DNA of 64,000 nucleotides from NCBI GenBank assembly GCA_021792255.1, contig JAJYUZ010000004.1:68692-132691 (forward strand), in the 5' to 3' direction. Of the stretch, positions 57,124 through 64,000 are shown in pieces; positions within the stretch are counted from its first letter, which is position 1; every line of letters starts with the position of its first letter. A program made the position numbers and the translations under genes. This DNA is from Thermoplasmata archaeon. GTDB taxonomy: Archaea; Thermoplasmatota; Thermoplasmata; Thermoplasmatales; GCA-001856825. The notes under the pieces were generated by a model. That model had not been told where the DNA came from. It worked only from the letters and a program-made list of their open reading frames with translations, and ran no database searches.

Positions 57124-57873
57124 TCACAGGAACAGTTCCTTCTGGTGTTTCACCTTGTGGTAATTGAAGATGGGTCCATCTTCGCACGAGTAGAATTCTC
57201 CGACATTGCAATGACCGCAGACTCCAATTCCGCATTCCATTCGCCTCTCTAATGACAGAAATATGTTCTCTTCCCTGTAGCCAAGGTTCAGAGCCTCTTT
57301 CACCACGTTCTTCATCATGAGAGGGGGACCCACTATGAATACCCCGGCGCTCTTGCTGACCTCGGCATCTTTCATTATTGAGGTCACTAGTCCAACTCTT
57401 CCGGTCCAGTTCTCGTCTCCACTGTCGACAGTCAAATGAACGTTAACCTTCTTCATCCAGCGCTCGATTTCAGTTTTGTAGATGATGTCTTCTGGTGTTT
57501 TTGCACCGTAAAGTACCTCCAGTTTTCTGCCTTTTCCAGAGTCGTTAATCTCTTCAATCAGGCTCCTGACCGGCGGTATTCCAATACCTCCCGTTACAGC
57601 CAAGATTTCTTCATATTCCTTCCAGGGCCATTTTGTTCCATATGGCCCCCTCACTCCCATTGTATCAATTTTGTTCATGTGTGAGGTTACGGATCCCACA
57701 TTCCTTATGGTGAACAACGTGTTTCTGCCAAACCCAGATGCGACAGAGATCGGTGCCTCCCCTACACCCGGTACAGAAACCATGAAGAATTGGCCAGACC
57801 TGCCATCACCCCTCGAATTTATCTCTATGGTATGAACTCCCGGTGCTTCATCGGTCCTTCTAACTATCCGCAT
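57124..57873 (-). CDS. FAD/NAD(P)-binding [2Fe-2S] electron-transfer subunit (sulfhydrogenase gamma / AsrB / PyrK-like)
   Basis: 249 aa with AVTGGIGIPP nucleotide-binding motif and C-terminal ECGIGVCGHCNVGEFYSCEDGP 2Fe-2S cysteine cluster. Confidence 0.75.
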   Translation of the reverse strand: MRIVRRTDEAPGVHTIEINSRGDGRSGQFFMVSVPGVGEAPISVASGFGRNTLFTIRNVGSVTSHMNKIDTMGVRGPYGTKWPWKEYEEILAVTGGIGIPPVRSLIEEINDSGKGRKLEVLYGAKTPEDIIYKTEIERWMKKVNVHLTVDSGDENWTGRVGLVTSIMKDAEVSKSAGVFIVGPPLMMKNVVKEALNLGYREENIFLSLERRMECGIGVCGHCNVGEFYSCEDGPIFNYHKVKHQKELFL

Positions 57874-57889
57874 ATAGGAGGGTAGATAC

Positions 57890-58807
57890 TCATTCTTCAG
57901 AATAGTCGTCAGTAATCACCTCCTTAATGTCTATGTCAACGGGACAGTCCTCGACACATCTGTTGCATCCGGTACACAGGTAGGCGTCTTGGGATTTCTT
58001 AAAGTAGACAAATTTGTGATAGAATCTCTGCCTGAGTCTTTCATTCAGTTCTTTTCTGACATTTCCAGCCGATGACGAGGTGAATCCCGAGAGGATACAC
58101 GAATCCCACTCCCTCCTTCGTTCATCGTGGTCATCGTACAGGTCAAAACAGTAGCAAGTTGGACAGGAAAAATTGCACGCCCCGCAAGAAATGCATCTAG
58201 AAGCAAATTTCTTCCAAAGCGGAGTTTCCCACTTCATTCTGTTCTCTATTCCGTCAACTGGTAGCAGGCTCATTTCCGAATTGAAACGCTCTCTAAACTC
58301 TGCAAAAACGGAATCATCCTCTTTTTTGAAGGAATCGAAATACTTCTTGTAACGTTCCGAGACCATTACGTGGTACCGTTCTCCCAGTTTCAGTATTTGC
58401 AGGTCGTAATCTTCGAGAACGGGCCCCCCAAACGAAGAACAGAAACCCCCGTCACACGGTTCGTTGCAGACAAAATTGACAAAGAAAGTCTTCTTCCTTT
58501 TCTCCGTGTAAAATGGGTCTTTGCCCAGAACCTGTTTATCCATAAGGTAAAACCCTTTGAGGTCACAGCTCTTGATTCCGAAGATCGCTTTTTTTTCCTG
58601 TTCTTGAAGCAAGAGAACATTCTCGTTTCTGGTGAAGAGGAATTCTTTTGGTGCATATCTCGATCTTCTTTCCGATATCTGGTTGAAGTCTTCAACGCGA
58701 TCAAATACGATTTCTCCTTCTTTTTCTACCGTTCCATAGGTTTCGAAGTCCTTTGAAATTTTAAGGAATACATTTCTCATCTCCTCGCCAGTCAAGAGAT
58801 AGTTCAA
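57890..58807 (-). CDS. 4Fe-4S dicluster subunit (sulfhydrogenase beta / AsrA-like)
   Basis: 305 aa with two C-x2-C-x2-C-x3-C motifs (CISCGACNFSCPTC, CTGCNRCVEDCP). 4-nt overlap with the fdhA stop. Confidence 0.7.
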   Translation of the reverse strand: MNYLLTGEEMRNVFLKISKDFETYGTVEKEGEIVFDRVEDFNQISERRSRYAPKEFLFTRNENVLLLQEQEKKAIFGIKSCDLKGFYLMDKQVLGKDPFYTEKRKKTFFVNFVCNEPCDGGFCSSFGGPVLEDYDLQILKLGERYHVMVSERYKKYFDSFKKEDDSVFAEFRERFNSEMSLLPVDGIENRMKWETPLWKKFASRCISCGACNFSCPTCYCFDLYDDHDERRREWDSCILSGFTSSSAGNVRKELNERLRQRFYHKFVYFKKSQDAYLCTGCNRCVEDCPVDIDIKEVITDDYSEE

Positions 58808-60915
58808 ACGACCAACCTCACTGCAACGACCTTGTACTCTGGCATTTTTGAAAGCGGGTCGAGACTCTTTCCAACCAGTCGATTCACTCTCGACTCGTCG
58901 AAATGAAAGGGAACGAAAATTATTCCAGACGGAATCTTGTCCGTCAGAATAGCTTTGGTTTCTATGGAACCATGTCTCGACTCGATTGTTATGTTCTGAG
59001 AATTTCGTATTCCGAGTTTTTTTGCATCATCTACGTTTATTTCTGCGTAAGATGAAGGAGACTCCCTCTGTAAGATATCAGTTTTCCTAGTCATTGTTCC
59101 GGAGTGCCAGTGGTAGTAGTTTCTACCGGTGGTCATTATGAAATTGTATTTTGCGTCGACCATTTCAGCCGGCGGTCCGTAGGCAATTGGTACCAATTTT
59201 GCCCTACCTATAGGAAATGTACTTCCGTGCAGAACCTCTGTTCCTTCTGGATTGGCCGAGTCGATTGGCCATTGTTTCCCATTCGGATAGATATTCTCAT
59301 AGGTAGCGCCTGAATAGCTTGGAACTACTCTGCAAATTTCCTCAAAAATCTCTTTAGGAGAAGAATAATCTTTTGTGCCGGCAACTCTCTTCCCAATTTC
59401 ATTGAGTATCCACCAATCTGGCATCGCTTCTCCAGGACAGTCGTATACCTTGTTCACTTTCTGAATCCTTCTCTCAGTGTTTGTAAATGTTCCTTCCTTT
59501 TCTAGAGATGTTGCCGCGGGAAGGACGATGTCTGCGACGCCTGCAGTAAGTGTCATGAAAATGTCCTGTACAACTAACAATTCTAGGTTATCAATTCCCT
59601 TCTCCACATCACTTACTGCAGCTTCCGTGACTAGGGGATTCTCCCCCATTACGTACATCGCTCTTATCTTTCCATCCGAGGCTGCATCGAACATTTCGGA
59701 GAGAGTCAGTCCCTTTTTCCTTGGCAAATCTTTTTTCCATACATTCTCAAGATCACTGACCTTTGGAGAATCTACCGGTACGTAGCCAGGGTACCACTCA
59801 GACAGCGCACCCATATCCGATGAGCCCTGTACGTTGTTCTGTCCTCTTAGAGGAAATATTCCAGATCCTCTCACTCCAACATTTCCTGTAATGAGGGAGA
59901 GGTTGGAGACTGACATTACATTCTCAGTACCGTGAATGTGCTGAGTTATCCCCATTGCGTATAGAATGGAAGTGGGTTTTTCTTTGGCAATCATCACCGC
60001 TGCTTCTCTTATTGCGTCCGGTTTCACTCCAGTAATGCTCTCGGTGATTTCGGGGGAATATTTTTCGATCTCCCTTTCTAATTCTTCGAATCCCTGCGTT
60101 CTTCCTTTGATGAATTCCTCGTCCTCCAGATGTTCCTTTAGAATTACAAACATCAATGAATTGAGAAGAGCCGTATCCGTCCCAGGCTTAAATCGAAGGT
60201 GTATGGTGGCTATCTCTGCCAGCTGAGTTGTTCTCGGATCAGCTACAATAAGGTTCTTTCCTCTCTTCAGTTCGTTCATTATCTTTGTCCCAATTATTGG
60301 ATGCTGTTCCGTCGTGTTCGATCCTATGACGAAAAACGTTCTCGAATCTTCCAGACTCTTGATCGATCCAGTAGCCGCACCTGCCCCTAGCGTCGTAATC
60401 AATCCCAGGGCGGTCGGGCTGTGACAACTCCTAGCACAGTGGTCTACGTTGTTGGTTCCGGTCATCCTGGCAATTTTCTGCATTAGAAAATTTTCTTCGT
60501 TGGTGGACTTTGCAGAAGATAGGAATGCGACGGAGTCGGGACCGTATTTATTTACAATATCCGTCAACCTGCGGGATGTCTCTTCTATCGCACTGTCCCA
60601 CGATGCCCGAACGAATCCCTCTCCTCTCTTAACAAATGGGTACTTCAGTCTCTCCCTTGAAAAATTGTACGACAACCCAGAACTTCCTTTGATGCAGAGT
60701 TTTCCTTCATTCACCAGAGATTTGGAATAACCGATGACCCTTTCTCCATTTCTCAGGTCATTGACAATTATTTGGCATCCGGTTCCACAGTAAGGGCAAA
60801 CTGTTAAGGCCGCCACTCGTACCACATCACGCTGATTTATAAAAGCTCTGCTTGATCTCCAGCGTTTCGACACGAATCTTGGAACAGACTCAATCACGCT
60901 CTTGAAGAAGATCAA
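58804..60915 (-). CDS. fdhA: Formate-dehydrogenase-type molybdo/tungstopterin catalytic subunit (Cys variant)
   Basis: N-terminal 4Fe-4S motif CPYCGTGCQ...CIKG. Active-site VDHCARSCHSPT (Cys-His where Sec-His occurs in Sec enzymes), plus RGQNNVQGSSDMG. Start is uncertain: TTG 60915 or GTG near 60825. Confidence 0.8.
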   Translation of the reverse strand: MIFFKSVIESVPRFVSKRWRSSRAFINQRDVVRVAALTVCPYCGTGCQIIVNDLRNGERVIGYSKSLVNEGKLCIKGSSGLSYNFSRERLKYPFVKRGEGFVRASWDSAIEETSRRLTDIVNKYGPDSVAFLSSAKSTNEENFLMQKIARMTGTNNVDHCARSCHSPTALGLITTLGAGAATGSIKSLEDSRTFFVIGSNTTEQHPIIGTKIMNELKRGKNLIVADPRTTQLAEIATIHLRFKPGTDTALLNSLMFVILKEHLEDEEFIKGRTQGFEELEREIEKYSPEITESITGVKPDAIREAAVMIAKEKPTSILYAMGITQHIHGTENVMSVSNLSLITGNVGVRGSGIFPLRGQNNVQGSSDMGALSEWYPGYVPVDSPKVSDLENVWKKDLPRKKGLTLSEMFDAASDGKIRAMYVMGENPLVTEAAVSDVEKGIDNLELLVVQDIFMTLTAGVADIVLPAATSLEKEGTFTNTERRIQKVNKVYDCPGEAMPDWWILNEIGKRVAGTKDYSSPKEIFEEICRVVPSYSGATYENIYPNGKQWPIDSANPEGTEVLHGSTFPIGRAKLVPIAYGPPAEMVDAKYNFIMTTGRNYYHWHSGTMTRKTDILQRESPSSYAEINVDDAKKLGIRNSQNITIESRHGSIETKAILTDKIPSGIIFVPFHFDESRVNRLVGKSLDPLSKMPEYKVVAVRLVV

Positions 60916-61069
60916 AAAAGTGCTCGCTCAATATAGTAATTAAAATATTCTTTGATTGGAAGATAGGCTTTGGCATCATGACTGGCTTCAGCAGTACAGA
61001 TTGTAACCAAAAAAATTAACCAAAGTTAAAACTTGATAACATATTAATAACCATACATTATGTTAAAGA

Positions 61070-61498
61070 ATGATGAAGCTCGATTTCCGCTCGAGGCCCA
61101 TAGACGAGAACTTCTTCAACCTCCCTGATAAATATCCGGTGACTGGGATGCACAAGAATCACGAAGTGAGGGCGGAAGGGATATTGAGGATAGATCAACT
61201 GGGGAAACCGTATCCTACCAGACTGGGAATTCACGGAACGAACGTTGCAGTCGACTGGGACAGTTGCATAGCGGACGGAGCGTGCATGGACGCTTGTCCC
61301 CTACACGGATTCGAGTGGTATCTGAACGAAGGAAAATCCGGGAAGGGAAACGACATTAAAATAAAAGAGGGCACTAAATTGTGGAAAAAATTCAGGACAG
61401 ATAAAGCAGATCCCACGAGCCAGGACGAGTGTGTCTACTGTAATGCGTGTGTCGTGGCTTGCCCTAGCGGTGCGATTTCAGTTCTTAAACGGATCTAA
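61070..61498 (+). CDS. fdx: Zinc-ferredoxin-type di-cluster ferredoxin with N-terminal extension
   Basis: 142 aa. GTNVAVDWDSCIADGACMDACP and ECVYCNACVVACPSGAI resemble the Sulfolobus/Thermoplasma 7Fe ferredoxin core, with a long N-terminal extension. Confidence 0.8.
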   Translation: MMKLDFRSRPIDENFFNLPDKYPVTGMHKNHEVRAEGILRIDQLGKPYPTRLGIHGTNVAVDWDSCIADGACMDACPLHGFEWYLNEGKSGKGNDIKIKEGTKLWKKFRTDKADPTSQDECVYCNACVVACPSGAISVLKRI

Positions 61499-61550
61499 GC
61501 ATCGAATTCCGGAATCTCTTCCTGATTCAGATAAAGACTATTCTTATCTG

Positions 61551-62333
61551 TTATTTTTCCCTCATTAATTCGACAAGCTTAGATGATACCTCTTTTGAAT
61601 CTCCTCTGATGTATATCCTCTTCCTCTGGGGGGGATTAATGTCCACTAAACCTCTCACGAATGTGAAAGAGCCCTTCAATCCGGTGGTCGCTTCAGCAAG
61701 TTCTAAGTCGTTCGAACCCCAGACCGTAAGGTGATGCTCTGTATCGACCGTTTTCTTTCTCTTGAAGTCTGGGAATCTCGGTTGATTTGCGTGCATTTCG
61801 ACGCTTATGACCGCAGGCATCCTGGCCTCGACAGTCTCGTGTCCTCCCTTTATTGTCCTCTTGGCCCTGACTTTGTCTTCTTCGACATTGACTGACGAGG
61901 CGAATAGGATTTGTGGAAGATCGAGTAATTCTGCGATCTGTCCAGGAAGCTGTCCCAGCCCGGCGTCGGAAGATTCTTCCCCGGCCAGTATAAGGTCGTA
62001 GTCTCCTATCTTCCTTATTGCAGTCGACAGGACGAGTGCAGTGGGGAATGTGTCTGCGCCACCAAAATTCCGATCAGAAAGGAGTATGGCATCGTCAGCT
62101 CCCATGGCCATTCCCAGTTTGAGATAGCTTTCGAAGAATGGGGGTCCCATTGAAAGGAGAATGACTTTCCCCCCATTCTCTTCTCTCAACCTGAGGGCAG
62201 TCTCTATTGCGTTCTTGTCGGTTTCGTTGATCTGATTCTCCGCCTTGCTCCTGTCCAGTCTCTTTGTCGTCGGGTCGAAGATTATGTTTTCGGATTTTGG
62301 AACTATCTTTGTGCAAACTATAATGTTCTTCAT
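61551..62333 (-). CDS. etfB: Electron transfer flavoprotein subunit beta
   Basis: 260 aa starting MKNIIVCTKIVP, with a later LILAGEESSDAGLGQLPGQIAELL. ATGA overlap with etfA. Confidence 0.85.
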   Translation of the reverse strand: MKNIIVCTKIVPKSENIIFDPTTKRLDRSKAENQINETDKNAIETALRLREENGGKVILLSMGPPFFESYLKLGMAMGADDAILLSDRNFGGADTFPTALVLSTAIRKIGDYDLILAGEESSDAGLGQLPGQIAELLDLPQILFASSVNVEEDKVRAKRTIKGGHETVEARMPAVISVEMHANQPRFPDFKRKKTVDTEHHLTVWGSNDLELAEATTGLKGSFTFVRGLVDINPPQRKRIYIRGDSKEVSSKLVELMREK

Positions 62334-63304
62334 CTTTCCCCCTCCAGTTTTTGAATCACCAGTGGAACGATTTCCGAGACATCTCCTACGATGCAGTAAT
62401 CAGAATGATTGAAAATCTCTGATTTCTCATCGAGATCAATCGAGATCACGGTTCCACAATCCTTTATGCCAGACGTGAAATGTTCAGAGCCACTGACCCC
62501 GAGGATGAGGGCGATCTTGGACTTCAGTGAATAACCGGTGGATCCTACCTGCAGGTCTCTGGGAACGAGGCCCCTGTCAGCGAGCGGTCTGGTGACTCCA
62601 ATGTCACAGTTGGTAAGTTCGGCCAGCCTCTTCACCAGGGTAATATCCCCTCCAGTGCCGTTACCTCCGACGATCGTCCGTTCCGATTTTGAGAGGTCCT
62701 TTATCTTAGACACGTTTCTTTCCAGAATCTTGACTCTGTTTTGAGTCTTGGTCAGATCGGGGACTATAGTGTTGACCTTCCCTTTTCTCTTGGGATCGTA
62801 GACCTTGTTGAAAGTACCAGGTCTGACGGTGGACATTTGTGGACGCGCTTTCTCACAGACAATTTCTGCGACTATTTTTCCTCCGTAAGCGGGGACTCCA
62901 AAAATCACCTCGCCTTTCTCGTTCATTTCCATCGTAATTGCATTCGCAGTCAGGCCCGTGCGCAACTTTGCTGCCAGTCTTCCCGCCAGATCTCTTCCAT
63001 ATGGAGTAGCACCTATCAGGAAGGCGCTTGGCATCTCTTTATTGATCGAGTCAAATAGAGACTTTACGTACAGATCGTTCGAATAGGTGTTAAGGTCTTC
63101 GTGCTTTATCAAGAGAACCTTGTCAGCTCCGTACCTTATCGTCTCGCTTGCGACCTCTTCGTTTGGGGTCCCTAGGAGTACGCCAGTCAAAGAATACCCG
63201 AAGGCTCTGGTTATCTCCGAAGCCTTCCCCAGTATTTCGAGAGAGACCTCTTCTATCTCGTCTCCATCTCTCTCGATGAACACCCAGATATCATTGCTTG
63301 TCAT
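62330..63304 (-). CDS. etfA: Electron transfer flavoprotein subunit alpha
   Basis: 324 aa. The C-terminal FAD-binding region VGSTGYSLKSKIALILGVSGSEHFTSGI parallels the EtfA motif GqtGk.v.P.lYiA.GISGaiQH..G. Confidence 0.85.
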   Translation of the reverse strand: MTSNDIWVFIERDGDEIEEVSLEILGKASEITRAFGYSLTGVLLGTPNEEVASETIRYGADKVLLIKHEDLNTYSNDLYVKSLFDSINKEMPSAFLIGATPYGRDLAGRLAAKLRTGLTANAITMEMNEKGEVIFGVPAYGGKIVAEIVCEKARPQMSTVRPGTFNKVYDPKRKGKVNTIVPDLTKTQNRVKILERNVSKIKDLSKSERTIVGGNGTGGDITLVKRLAELTNCDIGVTRPLADRGLVPRDLQVGSTGYSLKSKIALILGVSGSEHFTSGIKDCGTVISIDLDEKSEIFNHSDYCIVGDVSEIVPLVIQKLEGER

Positions 63305-64000
63305 TTCACATTCTCCTCCAGGAATTCAGATACTTCTTTCACTTTGAGGTCGATTCCATTCGTCTTTCCGCTGTCGGTGAGGTTCATGTTGCAGACCGGG
63401 CAGGCAGTCAGGACGGTCTCGGCGCCTGTGCTTCTTGCCTGCTCCATTCTGAAATCTGAAAGTCTCTTGCCTTCAAAGTCGATGAACATTCTGTTACCGC
63501 CACCTCCGCAACAAAGACTATTCTTTCCCGACGATTCCATTTCCTTGACTTCGATGCCTGGAATCGAGTGGAGAATCTCTCTCAGGTCGTCTCCCCCTCC
63601 ATCGTAGCGGCTCAGGTAGCAAGGATCGTGGATCGTTATCTTTCCGGTTTTTCCCTCCTTGAAGCTTAGCTTCCCTTTCTTGACCAAGTCATTGAGGTAC
63701 TCCGAATAGTGCTTCACTTCTATCTTCAACCCCCTCTCTCTGTAGTACTTTTCAAACATGTGCTCACAGTGAGGAGAGAAGGCGACTATGGTCTTTGCCC
63801 CCGTCTTTTCGAACGTTGCTATGTTGTCTCTAACAAGGTCGTCCAGGTAATAAGCTTCTCCAGCGTTTCTGACAGGTTCGCCACAGCACCTCTCCTTGTT
63901 TCCAAGAGTGCCGAAATCCACACCTGCCTTCTTCAGTAGATCGGCGAGCGATCTAAGCGAGCCGTGGAGATTCTTGTTGTAGGCAGCATCGCAGCCCACA
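63301..64000 (-). CDS. CCG-domain (HdrD/GlcF-like) Fe-S oxidoreductase, 5'-truncated by window edge
   Basis: Two cysteine-rich CCG motifs (ERCCGEPVRNAG...SPHCEHM and SLCCGGGGN...CPVCNMN). The ORF is still open at nt 63999. Overlaps the etfA start by 4 nt. Confidence 0.75.
   Translation of the reverse strand, partial: VGCDAAYNKNLHGSLRSLADLLKKAGVDFGTLGNKERCCGEPVRNAGEAYYLDDLVRDNIATFEKTGAKTIVAFSPHCEHMFEKYYRERGLKIEVKHYSEYLNDLVKKGKLSFKEGKTGKITIHDPCYLSRYDGGGDDLREILHSIPGIEVKEMESSGKNSLCCGGGGNRMFIDFEGKRLSDFRMEQARSTGAETVLTACPVCNMNLTDSGKTNGIDLKVKEVSEFLEENVK

Noticed and set aside
58804-60915. Selenocysteine (in-frame TGA) in FdhA
   Set aside because: The ORF is uninterrupted, and the active-site position is encoded as Cys (HCARSCH). 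There is no in-frame TGA and no need for a SECIS element.
1-64000. CRISPR arrays, rRNA genes, and large tandem or interspersed nucleotide repeats
   Set aside because: I scanned intergenic regions by eye and saw no regularly spaced direct repeats and no rRNA-like segments. A computational repeat search (for example a self dot-plot or CRISPR finder) would be needed to exclude short or degenerate arrays.

Overview
The window is an archaeal chromosome segment. Gene content looks Thermoplasmata-like: membrane LonB, archaeal DnaG, proteasome beta, aCPSF1, an eL18-uL13-uS9-Rpo10-tRNA-Pro cluster, an eS19/eL39/eL31/aIF6 cluster, and a 142-aa Zn-ferredoxin-type ferredoxin. This lineage call rests on recognition only. 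I support about 65 protein genes, 4 tRNAs (Pro-GGG, Gly-GCC, Arg-TCG, Val-CAC), no rRNA and no CRISPR array.

Layout:
- 1-9.7 kb: transporters, sugar kinase, PLP lyase and secreted hydrolases.
- 9.8-30.4 kb: housekeeping and information-processing genes, including a 1698-aa Lhr-type helicase, purEK, dnaG, psmB, aCPSF1 and ribosomal proteins.
- 30.4-37.6 kb: kdpABC, a MaoC-like hot-dog protein and an M13 peptidase.
- 37.6-46.7 kb: accessory stretch.
- 47-55 kb: mixed housekeeping and surface genes.
- 55-64 kb: redox island with AOR, an FdhA plus HydB/HydG-like operon, ferredoxin, and EtfAB plus a CCG-domain Fe-S oxidoreductase.

The accessory stretch holds a beta-helix repeat surface protein and a ~2.2-kb integrase element inserted in tRNA-Gly with 16-bp direct repeats. 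It also holds a decayed THEP1-type NTPase gene with two in-frame TAG codons, plus orphan small genes.

Most noteworthy:
- The minimal tRNA-Gly integrative element, whose integrase 3' end lies inside the tRNA/att core.
- A bacterial-type queA next to tRNA-Val and a transposase remnant.
- An FdhA coupled to a sulfhydrogenase beta/gamma-type module.
- The full-length Lhr.
- Several decayed or start-less genes (THEP1-like, a purE fragment, Cgi121-like, GH12-like).

No clearly novel multi-gene system, such as a defence island, could be supported. All functional calls rest on motif recognition by eye and need database confirmation.
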